From assembly GCA_973895155.1 (NCBI GenBank), contig OZ316891.1:11342671-11406670 (forward strand): 64,000 nucleotides of DNA, given 5' to 3'. Positions 25,371-38,647 of the stretch are shown piece by piece (positions within the stretch are counted from its first letter, which is position 1; every line of letters starts with the position of its first letter). Made by a program: the position numbers and the translations under genes. The notes under the pieces are model-generated. The model had not been told where the DNA came from, ran no database searches, and saw nothing but the letters and a program-made list of their open reading frames with translations. The DNA comes from Marsupella aquatica (lineage: Eukaryota; Plantae; Marchantiophyta).

Positions 25371-28300
25371 CTTGACAAGAAACTTTTGTCAGCATCGCTC
25401 GCACTGCATGACCTCCAGAGTCGAGACCTCGGAGCTGAGCAAAGGATAGCAGGGATCAAATTCTGTCTACCACACTCTAAACCTAAACTGCATCCACTGA
25501 CAAGTGACTGCAAAGAACAACCTCGAAGAAAGGAGGTGAGCAAGGTAGGCTTAATTAAGAAAACCAACAATGCCACAGCGGTAGTTCTGTCACCCGAACA
25601 ATCCAAGCATCGTTCGTCCCATCATTTGAATCCATAAAACTCTGCCAAGATTCCGTCGTCGAAACCCTTTCCTGCGCGTCGAAAGGCCACAGCACAATTT
25701 TCCTCGAAAGGATCGAAGACGCTCGAACTCAGCAATAAACTGGAAGGACCTCACGCATTTCGAAGGTCGAGACCGGTACCTCGAAGGAGAGAATGGAAGA
25801 GCCTCGAGGAGAAGGTCTGAAGTTCTCCTTCGGCGCCATCCCAAATGCAATTTGTGTCACCAGGAAAAATGTCACCCACTAAACAGCAAAATGGAGAGAA
25901 AATTTGGGTAATAATTTGGCAAAATCCAACCCAGATCTCTAAATATTCATCTCTACAAACCCGGATCTGTATGAATATTTAGAGAAGTCTCAAAATGTGC
26001 ATCTCCAGATACCCGGATCTCAGAATATTTAGAAGTCACCTTCCAATTCCATAATGATAACACCCACTTTCAACATTCAAGTAAGGTGCCAGTTTGAACA
26101 AGTAAGGGGGTCACCAAAAGTGAGGCGCCAGTTTTAACAAGTAAGGCAGTCGCCAAAAGAGTCTGCTATTTAGACTTCCATTCTCATTTAACTTCCGATA
26201 GCCACATATAAGGGGGAAAGTGTCCAAGACCTCCCCCTTTTCCACATTCCATTCACTTTTTCTTCTAAGGTTCGCTTTCTTTTCTAAGGTGTCACTTTGC
26301 TTCACAATTTTAGGAAAAAGTTATTTGTAATGGTAGCTATGGTAACCTCTAGCTTTTGAAAGACAGATTTGGTTAAACAGCAAAAAGACACATCCAATCC
26401 GTTTATATAGTACATTTGAAGGTTAGTACATACAATTTGAAGAATTGAAGTCAGTTTAGGGGCTCTTATTAGGTGGGTTTTGGAAAGATGGTAGCAAAAC
26501 TGTCATCTTGATGTATGTAAATGCACCTATTTCTATTGTTTGGGGAGCATTGGCCACTAAACCTATGTATGCTCTTTAGAGTGCATCCATGTTGCACTCG
26601 TAGACTTAGCTAGGACACTCATGCGGTGGTAGATTTTATTTTATTTTTTCTTTCCTTCCTATGATTTAGGGGTTTATCAAAAATTGCAGCGCATCTCATT
26701 GAGCTTATTGCTAAGACCACTATACTGGATTTCAGCTACATCCTCTGTTGTCTTTGCTCTACAGCCAACGGACACATCAATTTCCTTGCAGCTGCATTGA
26801 TTGACCAAAGCATGTCTCTTGTTATGCGACCTCAGGGGTTTCACTTCCACAAACACGCCCGCAAAATTGGCACATCACTTGCGATGAAGGATAAGGTCAT
26901 TTTATTGGTTCAAAATAGAGACTTAAAAAATGAAGAAGAATATTAAGGTTATTTATCCAATTTTGAGACTTATAAGAGCATTCAAGTCTTTTAATCAAAG
27001 TTTTCATCTATTCCAAGAATATTTTAACTTTATAGGCACGTTTATAGGGGTTAAAAAAAAATTTAATCTTACATTTTAGGGGGTCCATAGTTGAAAAAAG
27101 CCGCAGGTGATTGGGAGGCCTCCATGTAGTGAGACCCCCAAGTAAATGCTATTTTCTATCAGGGAGGCAAAGGGCCTTTGCCTTGTTGTTGCCCATAGGC
27201 CTCTGCCTTTCACGAGTATCCTAACCTCATCAACTGCTTCCATCTTAGGTTTTGCTTCATTTCTATGAGTGCCCCTCTTTGCTTTTGCCATTATCTTTAT
27301 CAATTGCCCCCACCCTTGGTAAATGATCCATGCAAAGAAATCTTCCATCTGGGATTATGATCAAAATTCTCCTTGGCAAGTTTGTAGGTGACATCCTTGT
27401 ATTGTATTTCTCAAGCTGTTTCTAGAACACTTGGCTTTCAACTCCCAATAACGTTCATAAAGTCAACTCTAGTTCAGTGTCACATGCCTCATTGCTCCAA
27501 AAAATGTAATACAGTTGTAGTTGATTAGTTTCATCCTGTCAATAGGGATTCCTGATCCATATCACATAATTGGGTAGTACATCCATTTGAGATCCAATTG
27601 GTTAGGAGATAGAAATACATATAAACTTGATGATTATTTTAGATATTTTTCTATATAATTAGATGTATTTATGTATTTTTAATGTCAATATGATCGTAAT
27701 CCAATCATTCAGGTCAGAACCTGGTGCTATGGAAAAACATCAAACAGATGTAAAATTTATACTAATTTATTGTGCATCCAATAATGAGAAAAATGACCCA
27801 AAATGATTTCTGTGAGAAAATATTAACAACAATTAAAGTTGGATGAGTATGTACTGCCCACCATGGGTGTGCAATTTCCTTAATTTGCATGCTCCTTTGG
27901 AAACACCACCCTCAATTGTCAGGGTCTCGATGTCTATGACTTACATATTAGTTTGGGGATTTCATGATGCTAAACTTGTTGGACTTGCTACCCAGGAATT
28001 GGCTTTAGTCTATCCCCCACGGCCTCATGCCAAGAGTGACAAATGAGGAAATTTCTTTGCTAGCACTATTCAGGCCATTGGAGGCAACAGATTATGGGCT
28101 TCGGTGCAACACATATACACAGGAAGTTGTGGCCAGGGATAAGGTCACTAACCAAAGAGAAAAAGGATAAAAATCTAGTCTTAGCTGCCAACGACAAAAG
28201 TGGACCCATCACTTTCAACTCTTTCTGTGGGTTTTTTTAATTGGAAACATTGGAGGCATTGTAGACCTCTGAAGTCCCCCCTCTCCTTCCCCTCCTACCA

Positions 28301-28662
28301 TTTTCTCATGGGGTTTGGTTGGGTACAAATCAAACACTCTAATAAGCCATCCCGCCCATTTCTGGGCATGTCCGCTTACAAAAAGTAAAATTGGCAGGAT
28401 TCAATTTCAGCAGTTTGCTTTAAATGACAATGTTTCCTGGCCTTAGATCTTCCAAAATTCATGCTCTCTACCCTCCACACTATGCTTTGCAGTCAACCTG
28501 TGTTTGCCAGTGAGCTCCTGCCCAGCAACCTGCTCCTCACAAGGATTCAAGGACACTTTATATTGGAAAGTCCTTAACCAACATACTCTGCCCACCTGCT
28601 GCCTACAAAAATCCAAAATTTGGTATTTTTTCTAAGTGTCACACAAAGCTTTGTCTGAACCC

Positions 28663-28947
28663 TCGGGGGGTTAGCTTAGTGTATATTTTGGGGTACCACG
28701 TGCGATCCTAGCCTAATATAAACACATCTATTTTATAATGGGAATATTCCAAAAACATTATCTATTTTTAATATTAATAACCTATTTTACTTTATAAAAA
28801 GTATATGTTAGAGAATATTCTATAAATATTGGTCTATAATACCTTCTTTTGCTTCCTACGCTTTTTAAAAATTTAGCTAATTTCTATGAAAAATACCTAT
28901 TTTGGATCGCACGTGGTTCCTAAGATTTTTTATAGTCAACCCCCCAA
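28663..28947. mobile_element. MITE (Mutator-like) with 10-bp TSD
   Basis: Direct repeat GTCTGAACCC at 28653-28662 and 28948-28957; imperfect TIRs (TYGGGGGGTT...ACCACGTGCGATCC versus its reverse complement at ~28903-28947); AT-rich core. Confidence 0.7.
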
Positions 28948-29890
28948 GTCTGAACCCCACGTTTGGGTTTGCGTAAAAAGTTGTGCACGCAAGGGGATTT
29001 AAACCCGAAACCTCTGCCTCCCCACCTACATGGCTTACCTCTATCCCAGAGCCTACTGCATGGAAGTATGGAAGCATTTTTGGTACTTAACAACTTTTTG
29101 CCCTTGATATTTTGGGTAGCAGCCAGTGGGCAATGGGTACGAAGAATCATTAGTGACTTTCCAGGGACCCGTAACCCTGAATTGACAAGGAAAATACTGT
29201 CATCATGCACGGTGGGCACCGCTGTACCTCATCATCAATAGTCCAAATGCAGTGTGGTTGAGGAGGAGTACTCCTCACCTCTGCTTAGGGTCACTCCCCA
29301 CTAGTGACTACTGTTGGGCAACACATTGTGTTCATTATTTCTTCAGGTTAATTTCTCCCCACTTTGTCATTATTTTAAATCTCTCTTTTTGTTTTGTTAA
29401 GAAGAGTTCATTAATTTTTCACCATTTGTCACACTCCTCAACTCTCCTTCACTCTAAACTCCTAGCCCATATGCCAAAGTTCTAATAGAGCATTTGCACC
29501 GGCGCCTGCCAAAAGGCGTCGGGCTTGCAAAAGAATGATTTTCCCCAGCCGTTGTCATTTTCCCTGTTGCACCTGTCCCTGTTATCACCAAATGTTTTTC
29601 AGGCCATAGGCTATACTCCTTTGTTGACCGCTATATTCGCCTCCTTTGGCAGTCTGAAAACGTGGTTTGGCAGTCCTTGGAAACCTCATCCACGACCGGA
29701 AACTAGCCACTTGTCCACATCCTAGGTGCAAGCAACCTTCCCCCGTGAATATAAATTTTGGCACGCGTACTTGCAGGCCGCAGCAGAGCGTGTCGATGCA
29801 CATGTTTTTCCTGTAGCTTTGACAGAGCTCGTGGTCCCATTAAGAGGTCGTGGTACCATCGAGAGCTCTGCACTCCAATCTTGTGTAGAA

Positions 29891-31322
29891 ATGGCCCAAT
29901 GGGGAAAGAACTTCAGTCTAGCAAATTAAAACAACTTTGCTATTCCTACTTGGAGATATCCCAAGACCCTTGCGTCGGCAGTGGGCAAAAGAGAGAGAAT
30001 TTTTGGGAGAGTTTCTGAGCACTACGATGGAAATCGACCGATAGGCCATGAGAGCAGATCAGAAAAATCACTTGAGGCCAAATAGGGTGATGTTCGAAAA
30101 GCTACCACTCGATTCATTGGTTGCTATCAATCGGTAGAAGACCTAGATATTTTAGGCACAAATAGTGATGACACCTTCATCAAGGCCAAGGAACTCTACA
30201 AGACACGACACTCAAATAGGAAGGAATTATCGTTCTCAGTTTGTTACAAAATTCTTAGGGACTGCCCAAGGTGGATGATGCCGGAGGAGGCCAAATGGCA
30301 AAGGGGAAAGGCAAACGGAAGTCTGCTGAACAAGCACCGAGTGGGGACTTCGTTGGGTTCACAAAGAATTTTCCCAATTCAGATGGCCCGATTAATCTTG
30401 ATTCAGAAACATATAATGATCCTAGCGACCAACAGAAGTCGAATGGAAATAGGTTGAAGAGGCCACTGGGTACAAAGCTGGCCAAGGATTATGCCAAAAA
30501 GGGGAAAGGACATGAAGATTCTTTCAAGGTTGCAACCCAAGCACAGAAGGTCATAGCACAAACAGGGGTGGAGCGCTTGAAAATATTGGAGAAACAAACT
30601 TTCATGAATATGCTCTATCACACCATTCTAGGTAGTGTTAGAGTGTATCATACTATCTAGATCCGTATGTTTGGTATGTGTGCTATATGAGCCGATAAGG
30701 TTCCATTTAGGTTTGTGTGAGAGGTAGTTCTCTCTTGTGAGGCATTGAAAGGTTATCTTTCAATGTTGAGCCTTGGAGAGGGGAGCTTGTGTGGTGGCTA
30801 TGGTGGCTGAGAGCTATCTCTATGTAGCGTGGATTCCTTGAGTGCAAGGTGCGTTGGCTCGACATACGTGTGTGATCGGATCAGATGGGATTGAGTGCGT
30901 ATTGTTGGCGTCGATTGTTGTTCGGATTCTATTGAAGATTATTGTGGGTTTTGAACATGTGTGGACATGAGTTCCACTTGTATTCCATTCTCTTGTGTTT
31001 GTGATGTGGCAATGTGACTATGTCTGGATATATGTGACAGACGATGTATGTTGTGTAGCGATGTGTATGCGCACGATAGCTCACTCTCCCAACAGAGGGT
31101 CTGGACACTAAGACATTAGAATTCTTGAATTTGTGGAAGCAGGATGAAATGGCAAAGTTGAAAGATAGAATCTCAGCTAGGAAGTCTCAGGCATTCTCCC
31201 CATTGCCAACCAGGGCAACAAGGACTTCCTTGCCAACCCCTACTCCAAGCAACGATGAGGACTCCCCGACTCCTCATGAAGCCCCAATTCCTCATGAAGT
31301 TGAGGAAATATTTTTCCAGTAG
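29891..31322 (+). pseudogene. Harbinger Myb/SANT-like (NAM-associated type) accessory protein, disrupted
   Basis: Fragments GKNFS..KQLCYSYLEISQDPCVGSGQKRENFW, CYKILRDCPRW and KRPLGTKLAK are typical of PIF/Pong DNA-binding ORFs. Stops, frameshifts and a 463-bp insertion at 30616-31078. Confidence 0.8.
30616..31078. mobile_element. 463-bp insertion (solo-LTR-like) nested in the Harbinger Myb ORF
   Basis: Flanked by GCTC (30612-30615, 31079-31082); ends TATCA...CGATA resemble a mutated TG...CA. Removing it restores FMNML-TLPTEGLDTKTLEFLNLWKQDEM in frame. Confidence 0.65.
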
Positions 31323-32496
31323 TTCAATTGTATGCATGCAGTGGAAAATTGTTTGATGTATTGGTTTTCATAAACCAAAACTTAATCAAATGCCTGTGCC
31401 TTTTGTCCATCCTATATTAATTGTGTACATTGTAGTGTCCATGTCAATTGCTCCACAAGGTACACAGACAGTACTCGCTACTCTCATGCTCAGTATGTCA
31501 TGCTCTTTAGTATGCTCATTATGTACTACACATGTGAAGCCTCGTGTCGAGGTCAGTCTTCTTTTGACTTCCTTTCTTGATTGCATCAAGGGTTGAGTAC
31601 GCAGTTGTGTCCCTACTTGCGCCCTGCTAATTCCATCTCTTTGCTTTTACTCACATTGCTTCTGTGGCTCTTGCAGGCTCCAATAGTCAATAGTTCCATT
31701 TTTTTACCAGCAAGGAATCAGGTAGTTTGCATCCAAGGATACCATGTCTCACTCAGATACAATCTCTCACTCGGATTCTAAGAGCAGCACTGCTCGCTCT
31801 CGACCATGCCCATCAATTTTGAAGCCTGATGGTGGCAAACCCAAGGTGGAATTATTTCCAAAAATTGTGCCAAAGAATGAGAGCTTTGTTCCATGTGCAT
31901 AGCATCGAGGCCCAAATACGGGGCAATCAAAATGTGTCAAGGATGGGCCCGGTGTGGTCCATTGTTTTGTCTTGAATGAATGGGCGGAGTCTTCTTCAGA
32001 ACGAGCCCTACTGAAGTCGATGGAGGATGTTGGTGACAACAAAGAGGAGGATCGATGGCCTACTGCATGACAACAACAACGATATGTGTTTTAGAGATTT
32101 CTCAATTCATTCCACCTTTCCTGTTTTCGTATTATTGAGTGTTTCCTGTTTTTGTATAGTTCATGATTGCTTTCCTCCTTGTGGAACTCACTTGCTGAAC
32201 ATATGCTTTCACCTATTATAATTGCAGGTCACCATTTGCTCTTGGATTAGTTTGCAGTGTGGTGGTGAACCTGGAATTACAAAGTCCATGGAGCAGCCTT
32301 AGACTAGATAGAGATTACATCGATGAGAGCAATTAGTCTTGAGTGCTCTCGACTAGTGGATAACAATTGTACATGAGGCCATGGGTCTCCTCGAATCCAA
32401 TCTCTTGTGCAATAAAGATCCCAGTTGTTTTTATAAAATGCAAATTGAGTACACTCTGTTCTATAATGAACATTTTCTACCTAATCGTTCATGGAA

Positions 32497-33816
32497 CTAA
32501 TCTTCTCCACCTATTTCGCCTTTCCTCTGCCAAAGGTGCTCCATTAAGTTATTTCTTAAACCAGACCAACTGGTTCTATTTTCCAAGTCCTTGTTGCAGC
32601 CAAGTAATCTCTCCGCAACATGCTCCCCCTATGCACAGTCAACAATGGACCTGCTTCAGCAAGGAAATCCTCGTGCTCTTCGCCCCTTTCGTCCTCAATT
32701 ATCATATTACATGTAGCACAATGTAGGCCATGAGGATAGTATGGACTCGCTCCATATGCCATGACCTAGCAGGTTGCTTGATAATGCCCCATCTATCTTG
32801 CAATATGCCAAAGGCCCTCTCCACATCCTTGCAAGCACCTTCCTGACACTTGGCAAAATAACTTTTCTGATTGAGGTTTGTGAAAGGTAGTCACAAAGCA
32901 AGACCACTTGGGATAAATCCCATCAACCAACAGGTAAGCTTTCTTGTACTTTGTTCCATTGATGGTGAAGTTCACCTGGTCATAGTGTTGATGCAGCATG
33001 TCATTGACCAGAGGAGACTATCTAGTACATTCAGATCATTATTCCCACCTGGAAATCCAAAAAAGGCGTGCCAAAACCAGAGTTCCTGGTCGGCAATTGC
33101 TTCAAGAACTATGGATTTATTCCCGTCTTTGTTAGTGAATTGTCCCTGCCATGCCATTGGGCAGTTCTTCCATTCATAGTGCATGCAGTCAAGGCTAGCA
33201 AACATGCCTGGGAACCCTCGTTTTTCATTGAAATCCAATAGCCTCAAGAAATCACTCTTGTCTAGCTTCCGCAAATACTTCTCTTCATATAGTTCTCTAA
33301 TGGCCAAGCAAAATCGGTAGAGAGACTTTCGGGTTGTTGATTCTACAAGCCTGCAGTATTCATCAGTGGCATCTGCCCCTATCCCAAATGCTAATTGGCG
33401 CAAAGCAGCTGTGACTTTTTGCAACCCAAATAGACCAAATTTTTTGTAGCTTCTCTCTTCTGTTGGAAAAATTGATCGTGTTCAGAAATTGCAAGCAAAA
33501 TTCTATCAAACAAACGTTGGGTCATCCTAAATCGTCTGCAAAAATCCTTACTATCATATGTACATGGCTCAGTGAAGTAATCATCAAGAATGGTTTGATG
33601 TCCTCGCTCACTCTTCCTATCTTTGTTGGGCTTCTTGCCAGGCATCAAACCTCCTCCTTGCTTGTGCTCCTTCCATTGCAACAATTGGACTCCTTGTAGA
33701 GAGAGTGGTCCAGTGCAAATGGCCGTCTCCCAAAATTTGTCCTTCTCCTCCATGGCCGCCATCTCAGCCACCATTTGTTGTTGCAATTTCTGTCTCCAAG
33801 CAGTCATGCGATCCAT
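32497..33816 (-). pseudogene. PIF/Harbinger DDE transposase, frameshifted
   Basis: Motifs DYF...FCRRFRM, QKVTAALRQLAFG, GFPGMFASLDCMHYEWKNCPMAWQGQF, LEAIADQELWFWHAFFGFPGGNNDLNVLD, YLLVDGIYPKW, KDVERAFGILQ, LMEHLW spread over several frames. Confidence 0.92.
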
Positions 33817-34371
33817 GGTCCAAGCTTCGCTTGTTGGAAAATTGAGTCAAGCTCTCTTGCGCGGATGAGCTATGTCGTTTTTGAAATGTTTGGGAGTTTG
33901 TTTTGTATGGACATTGAGAAATCTGCACAAAAATGCTCCTGTTTGGTGGGTTCAAACCTAGGTGCTACGGTTCGAACGCACAGTTGAACTTTCCAGGCCA
34001 CCTTTAGTGGGCATCGGTGCGACGTGCGTTGCGTGTGGGGCCAAAACCCAGATGCAAGCCCACAAACTTCCGGGGTAATTTGCCCTTTGGTAGAGCCGCA
34101 CCTGGAAACCGGTGCGGATGCTCTTAGTAGACATCCATATAAGTTTTTGCTTTATCTTTTGGGGGGCACAAGTTTTTAAAAATATTTCAGTGCTTTTCTT
34201 TGTTCTTTTTGGTATGATGAAAATTTTGAACTAGAATTTAGATAGAATACCATACTAAACCTTTTGTTTGCATAAGTTTGTTAGTGGACCCTTGGATTTT
34301 TGGTGACAACCTGGGAGGAGAGATCATTCTCAAGATTCTTTTGCTCAATGTCATTGTTCACACTGTAACAA

Positions 34372-34585
34372 TATATTTTGCACAATGATGTCTTTTACAA
34401 TTCACATCTTTTGCGCAACTCCTTTCCCACAAACTACATCTTTTGTGCACCAACGTCTTTTGTACAATAACATTTTTCCACAGTGAGACATCATTGTTGC
34501 AATAACATCTTTTGCGCAATGTCATCTTCTACCAACATCTTTTGTGCAACACCTCTTGCACAACAACTTTTCCGCACACAATGTT
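34372..34585. repeat. Degenerate minisatellite, ~20-bp units
   Basis: Repeated CAACATCTTTTG(T/C)GCA-like units. Confidence 0.55.
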
Positions 34586-37364
34586 GTTTCTGTATCAAAA
34601 TTGTTGTGTAACGCACAGGTATTGAGCTAATCTAACTAATAATTTACAATAGAAAGTGACACTTTGGAACCTATGGTCTAGAGTGGAGCCTCTCAACCGT
34701 GACTCTACCCATGACTCTAGGGTGCCAGCAAGTTTTTGGGTGGAGCAACCGGCGGAGAAGGCAACCATGGGCCTAAGCAAAGCTAGGGCATTCATGGTAG
34801 AAAGCCCTAAGTAATTTTGGTGTGCTTTGAGGATTTGGGTTCCCCTCCATCACTCATTACACCCACCTCCTTGTCCACTGGCAAGAATTAGCAAGAAATT
34901 GCAAGGTAGCCTTGTTGCCCTCGTGGCCTCATTTGTCTGAAAGGCTAGCTCTTTCTTATTTTCTCTCCTTTCTTTTATAGGGGTGGCTAGCTGCACATTC
35001 TAGGAAAATTTGGTGTACAGCAAGCATTAGTGTTTGTAAGGCTTTCCCTTTGCCACCCAAAGCTTCCACCTCCTTATCCACAGGTAAAAGAGAAATTTGC
35101 TTGTTAAACTCAAGCAAATTGTCTGTCCCTGGTGAGACCCCAATCACCCGTATTAGGGCAGATTCTCTACTACAATGAATTGAGGGCCGGCCAGTTGAGG
35201 GAAGCTGAGGAAACCTGGATGGGGACAGCATTGGCTTGGTTGCCTTCATTGATTCCAGAAGCTGGATGGCAAGTTCAGCACTTCGTTCAATTGTACTCGG
35301 CTGGCACAACTCCTCATTTTGCACCTGAGTTGGCCTTCTTCCATTCTCTGTGTCCCTTCCCTGTCCTTACCTAGCCCAACATTTCATGTTGAGTTGGGCT
35401 TTGAGGCACCCTAAATGTTGACCCTTTCTCGCCCTCTCTTCTCACTTGGGTCAGCCAGCTGCTAACAGGGCTGCTGAGCCTGGAGACCAGGCACTCACAT
35501 CTACACCCCTCTCCAATGTCTATGTTCAGTATGGGACCAATCTGTATGGGACCAAACCCTACTTGTCAACTCACAATAGTAGAACAACTCACAATAGTAG
35601 AACAACTCCCTCAAATGGTCAAGTGGAATATATCTCAACAATCCCTTGCAGGCAAAGATGGCCCATGCATGGAATTGGGCCCTCTGTTCTGCCTAGCAGG
35701 GAAAGGAATTTGAAAATTTGTCAGTGCATTAAATGGTACCTTGTGTCTTGAAGCAGATAGTAGATTTATTTCTGGCCATTGGATCATGGGTCAATTTGCA
35801 TCTATTTTCTTCCAACGTACCCATCTGGTGTAAATAAGTATATAGTGGCTTTCAATTGAATTTACTGGAAGATTTGTGGATTTTTGTGGAAGAACATTAG
35901 TGGTTACTTTTTAATTTCATCTTAAGCATTATAAGCAAAGATATGGTTTTCAAAAAAATTTTGAGAAATATTTCAAACATAGTTATAAAAGAAACTAGGA
36001 TGTTTATTAACCAAAAACACTGCAAGTAACATGGGACTTTTGCCATTAAAAGAAAACCTTCTGCTCAGGGCTTCCACCTCCTTTACTGTTGGTCCAAGCG
36101 AAAGAAAACTCTTGAGGGTGGCCCCATCGTGCCCTGGCCCCAACAACCCCTTGGCCCCATGCATAGAGTTGGGCCAATCTGCCCGGCCCACCCAGCCCTT
36201 ATCCTCATACTACCCTTCATTTCTCAAAATGCACCAACCTCCTTGTGCCAAACAAAAATGGCACCTGTACAGTATAGTGCTCACCTGATGACCCCTCACA
36301 TGAAACCTGGCCTCGTCTGGCCTACCACTATGCCCCATTCAGAAAGTACAGTACAAGTATTATTTGGAAAATCCTCATAAGAAGTACTACTAGCTGTTGC
36401 TTTAGAGGCGGAATTTTCCCAATTCCACCTCCATGTCATTCCTATCACTTTTGGCCCATAAAAGTCATATATACTAGCTAGCTCCCCTTACATCTAAGGA
36501 ACTTTAACAGCCAGAAACTTACTTAGAAAATGTTCTTAGGTAACTTTGGCCACCCTAATGAATTTGAATTAGCCATTTTCACTTGATCCCCAAAATTGAA
36601 CAAATTAATAATTTCCCCCTCAAAGCTATCTAATTACTCAAATTCCCCTTACAAGGAATCCGAAAGACTGCCATAAATAACTCAAAACAATCTGAATATA
36701 GGGCTAAGATGAATTCATGGGGGTAGAGTACTACTTGATTCGATTTTCATGCCAACCTAGTAAAATGCACATAAAAAATAGTCTGATTACTACCTTCCTC
36801 TACACCGACCTCCTGGTTTTTGCAAGGGCAGGGGTTCCGGACATGGAACAGGACCCTATCTGCTCCGCCCCACCCCTCCCCTCCCCTCCCCTCCCCTTGT
36901 GGCCCCACCCTCCTCCAGGAAGAACCCTAAGAAAGTAGCCCTCTGAGCCAAACCCGAACCTGATAGAGAGCAGTGGAGTTCCACCCGAAGCCAATTGGGA
37001 GGACCGGGCTGGCGTCGTCATGCAAAACCTTCCGAAGCACCAAAAGAAACCGAAAAAAGCAAAAAGCAGTGCTGCGGTTTCCACGTACAAGACTCTACTA
37101 CTCTACCCTAAACTGCAATCGACTCCAGAGTTGGATGTGCACGACGAATGATCAATCAATCGATCTCCGAGAGGCGGTAGTGTGAGCATGGCATCCCGGC
37201 CTCCCGGGACATCCAGCAGAATCAAGCGCTTTTCTCGGTTTCTGTACCTGAATTGATAGAGCACTTTTCTTTGCTTCTGTACCTGGATTGAGAGGATCGC
37301 TAGTATAGTAGTGTGACTCCTACGGTACTTCGGAGGGACAGGACTGTACTTGTGCGCTGCTCTT

Positions 37365-38647
37365 CAACAAAATACTTGATGAGGCCCCTCTAGCTAAAGA
37401 TATTCCTGACAAGCACCTAACTTTTCAAATATACTTAATGGGGCCCCTTGTTTTTTTTGTCTTGAACGGAAATTGGGGGGGGGGGGGGGGGGGAATACAA
37501 TTAGACTCCCCCCACCCCAATGTGATAGTTTTTCTGTAGGGAACCCAGACCAGGGTGAGCCCCAACTGATCCGATAGGGACCCACGCTAGGAAGGAGAGA
37601 GGATTACATCAGGGCCACAAAGTGGACAACCAGGGGCCGAGTAGATAATCAGAACTCCAATCCACTACCCACAAAACCCATCCCACCCACACACATATAC
37701 CCTCCACACCCCAATGTGCGGAGGGGGGATTGAACGTGGGACCTCTCAATTCCAGGAAAATCCCCTAGCCAATTGACCTAAGCCAATTGGTTAATGGGGC
37801 CCCTTGTCCCTGTAACACTTTCTCACTACCTGTCATATTTGTTTTTTCCATTTTTTAATTGTAACATGACTAGGTCAGTCCATCAGATATACTGTCTAGA
37901 ATAATTTTCAGTGTAGTCTTGTTTTAAAATACTTTAACATTTGTTCCTATGTGCATCATATATGCTCAGTTTTATGAATTCAATTGATGCCTTGTGAATT
38001 CAATTAGTGCCTTGTGTACTAAGCTAAAGAATAAAAATTGTTGTTTAAGTGAAATTGAGTAAATTCCCTGAAATACTCTACCTAGGTGCTCACATCTAAA
38101 AACAATATCACAAAAATGACACCAAGGAGTGCTCACGTCTAAGGTGAATAGTTCCAAAAATGTTTTTGGAAAAATAGTATCAAAGAATTGTTTTAAGTCC
38201 CACATGATTTATTTGCAAAAACCAACTTTTAAAACATGTATAGCACCCAAATAGCACCCGGATAGCACCCAAAACCATTGGTTCACCTTCCTAAAGTTCA
38301 GGTAAGACTATGCTTTGGAGAAATACTTTAAGGTATGTGTAATTCCAAAACATTGAGAGAAAATAACTAAAAAGAGCAAAAATTATGTACCCTTAACACT
38401 ACTTCACTTGTATAAGTATTTCAAAACATGAAACAAATGAATATGGGAGTGAGGATTGCTTCTAGAGAGTACATCTGGTGGATAGATAGTTGTACAATAA
38501 GTTATAATTAAAAAATGGAAAAAATAATATGACAGGTCCTGAGAAAGGGTTACAGGGACAAGGGGCCCCATTAAGTATATTTGAAAAGTTAGCCAGGGGC
38601 TCATCACTAATATCTTTAGCTAGAGGGGCCCATCAAGTATTTTGCTC
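37365..38647. mobile_element. Non-autonomous Mutator-like element (MULE)
   Basis: 9-bp TSD GCTGCTCTT (37356-37364, 38648-38656); ~90-100-bp TIRs (CAAAATACTTGATG.GGCCCCTCTAGCTAAAGATATT...AACTTTTCAAATATACTTAATGGGGCCCCTTGT); AT-rich non-coding interior. Confidence 0.88.
37451..37790 (-). mobile_element. tRNA-derived SINE inserted in the MULE left TIR
   Basis: 16-bp TSD TTAATGGGGCCCCTTG (37435-37450, 37791-37806). Minus strand has A-box-like TAGGTCAATTGG and B-box GTTCAATCC near its 5' end and an A-rich tail (T-run at 37451). Confidence 0.82.

Larger units (their letters stand above)
29488..34123. mobile_element. PIF/Harbinger DNA transposon, full-length but decayed
   Basis: TIRs GAGCATTTGCACCGG (29488) and CCGGTGCGGATGCTC (ends 34123), 13/15 match; flanks ATA / TTA (degenerate TTA TSD); encloses convergent Myb/SANT-type and DDE transposase pseudogenes. 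Confidence 0.9.

Noticed and set aside
27076-27620. Possible degenerate TE coding fragment
   Set aside because: Many stops and no recognisable transposase or reverse-transcriptase motif.
34956-37200. Possible spliced minus-strand gene (ORF 34956-35324, exon-like 36790-36860)
   Set aside because: Could not build a consistent reading frame or recognise any domain.
37715-37790. tRNA gene candidate
   Set aside because: A/B boxes are present but there is no convincing cloverleaf; TSD and A-tail identify it as a SINE head.
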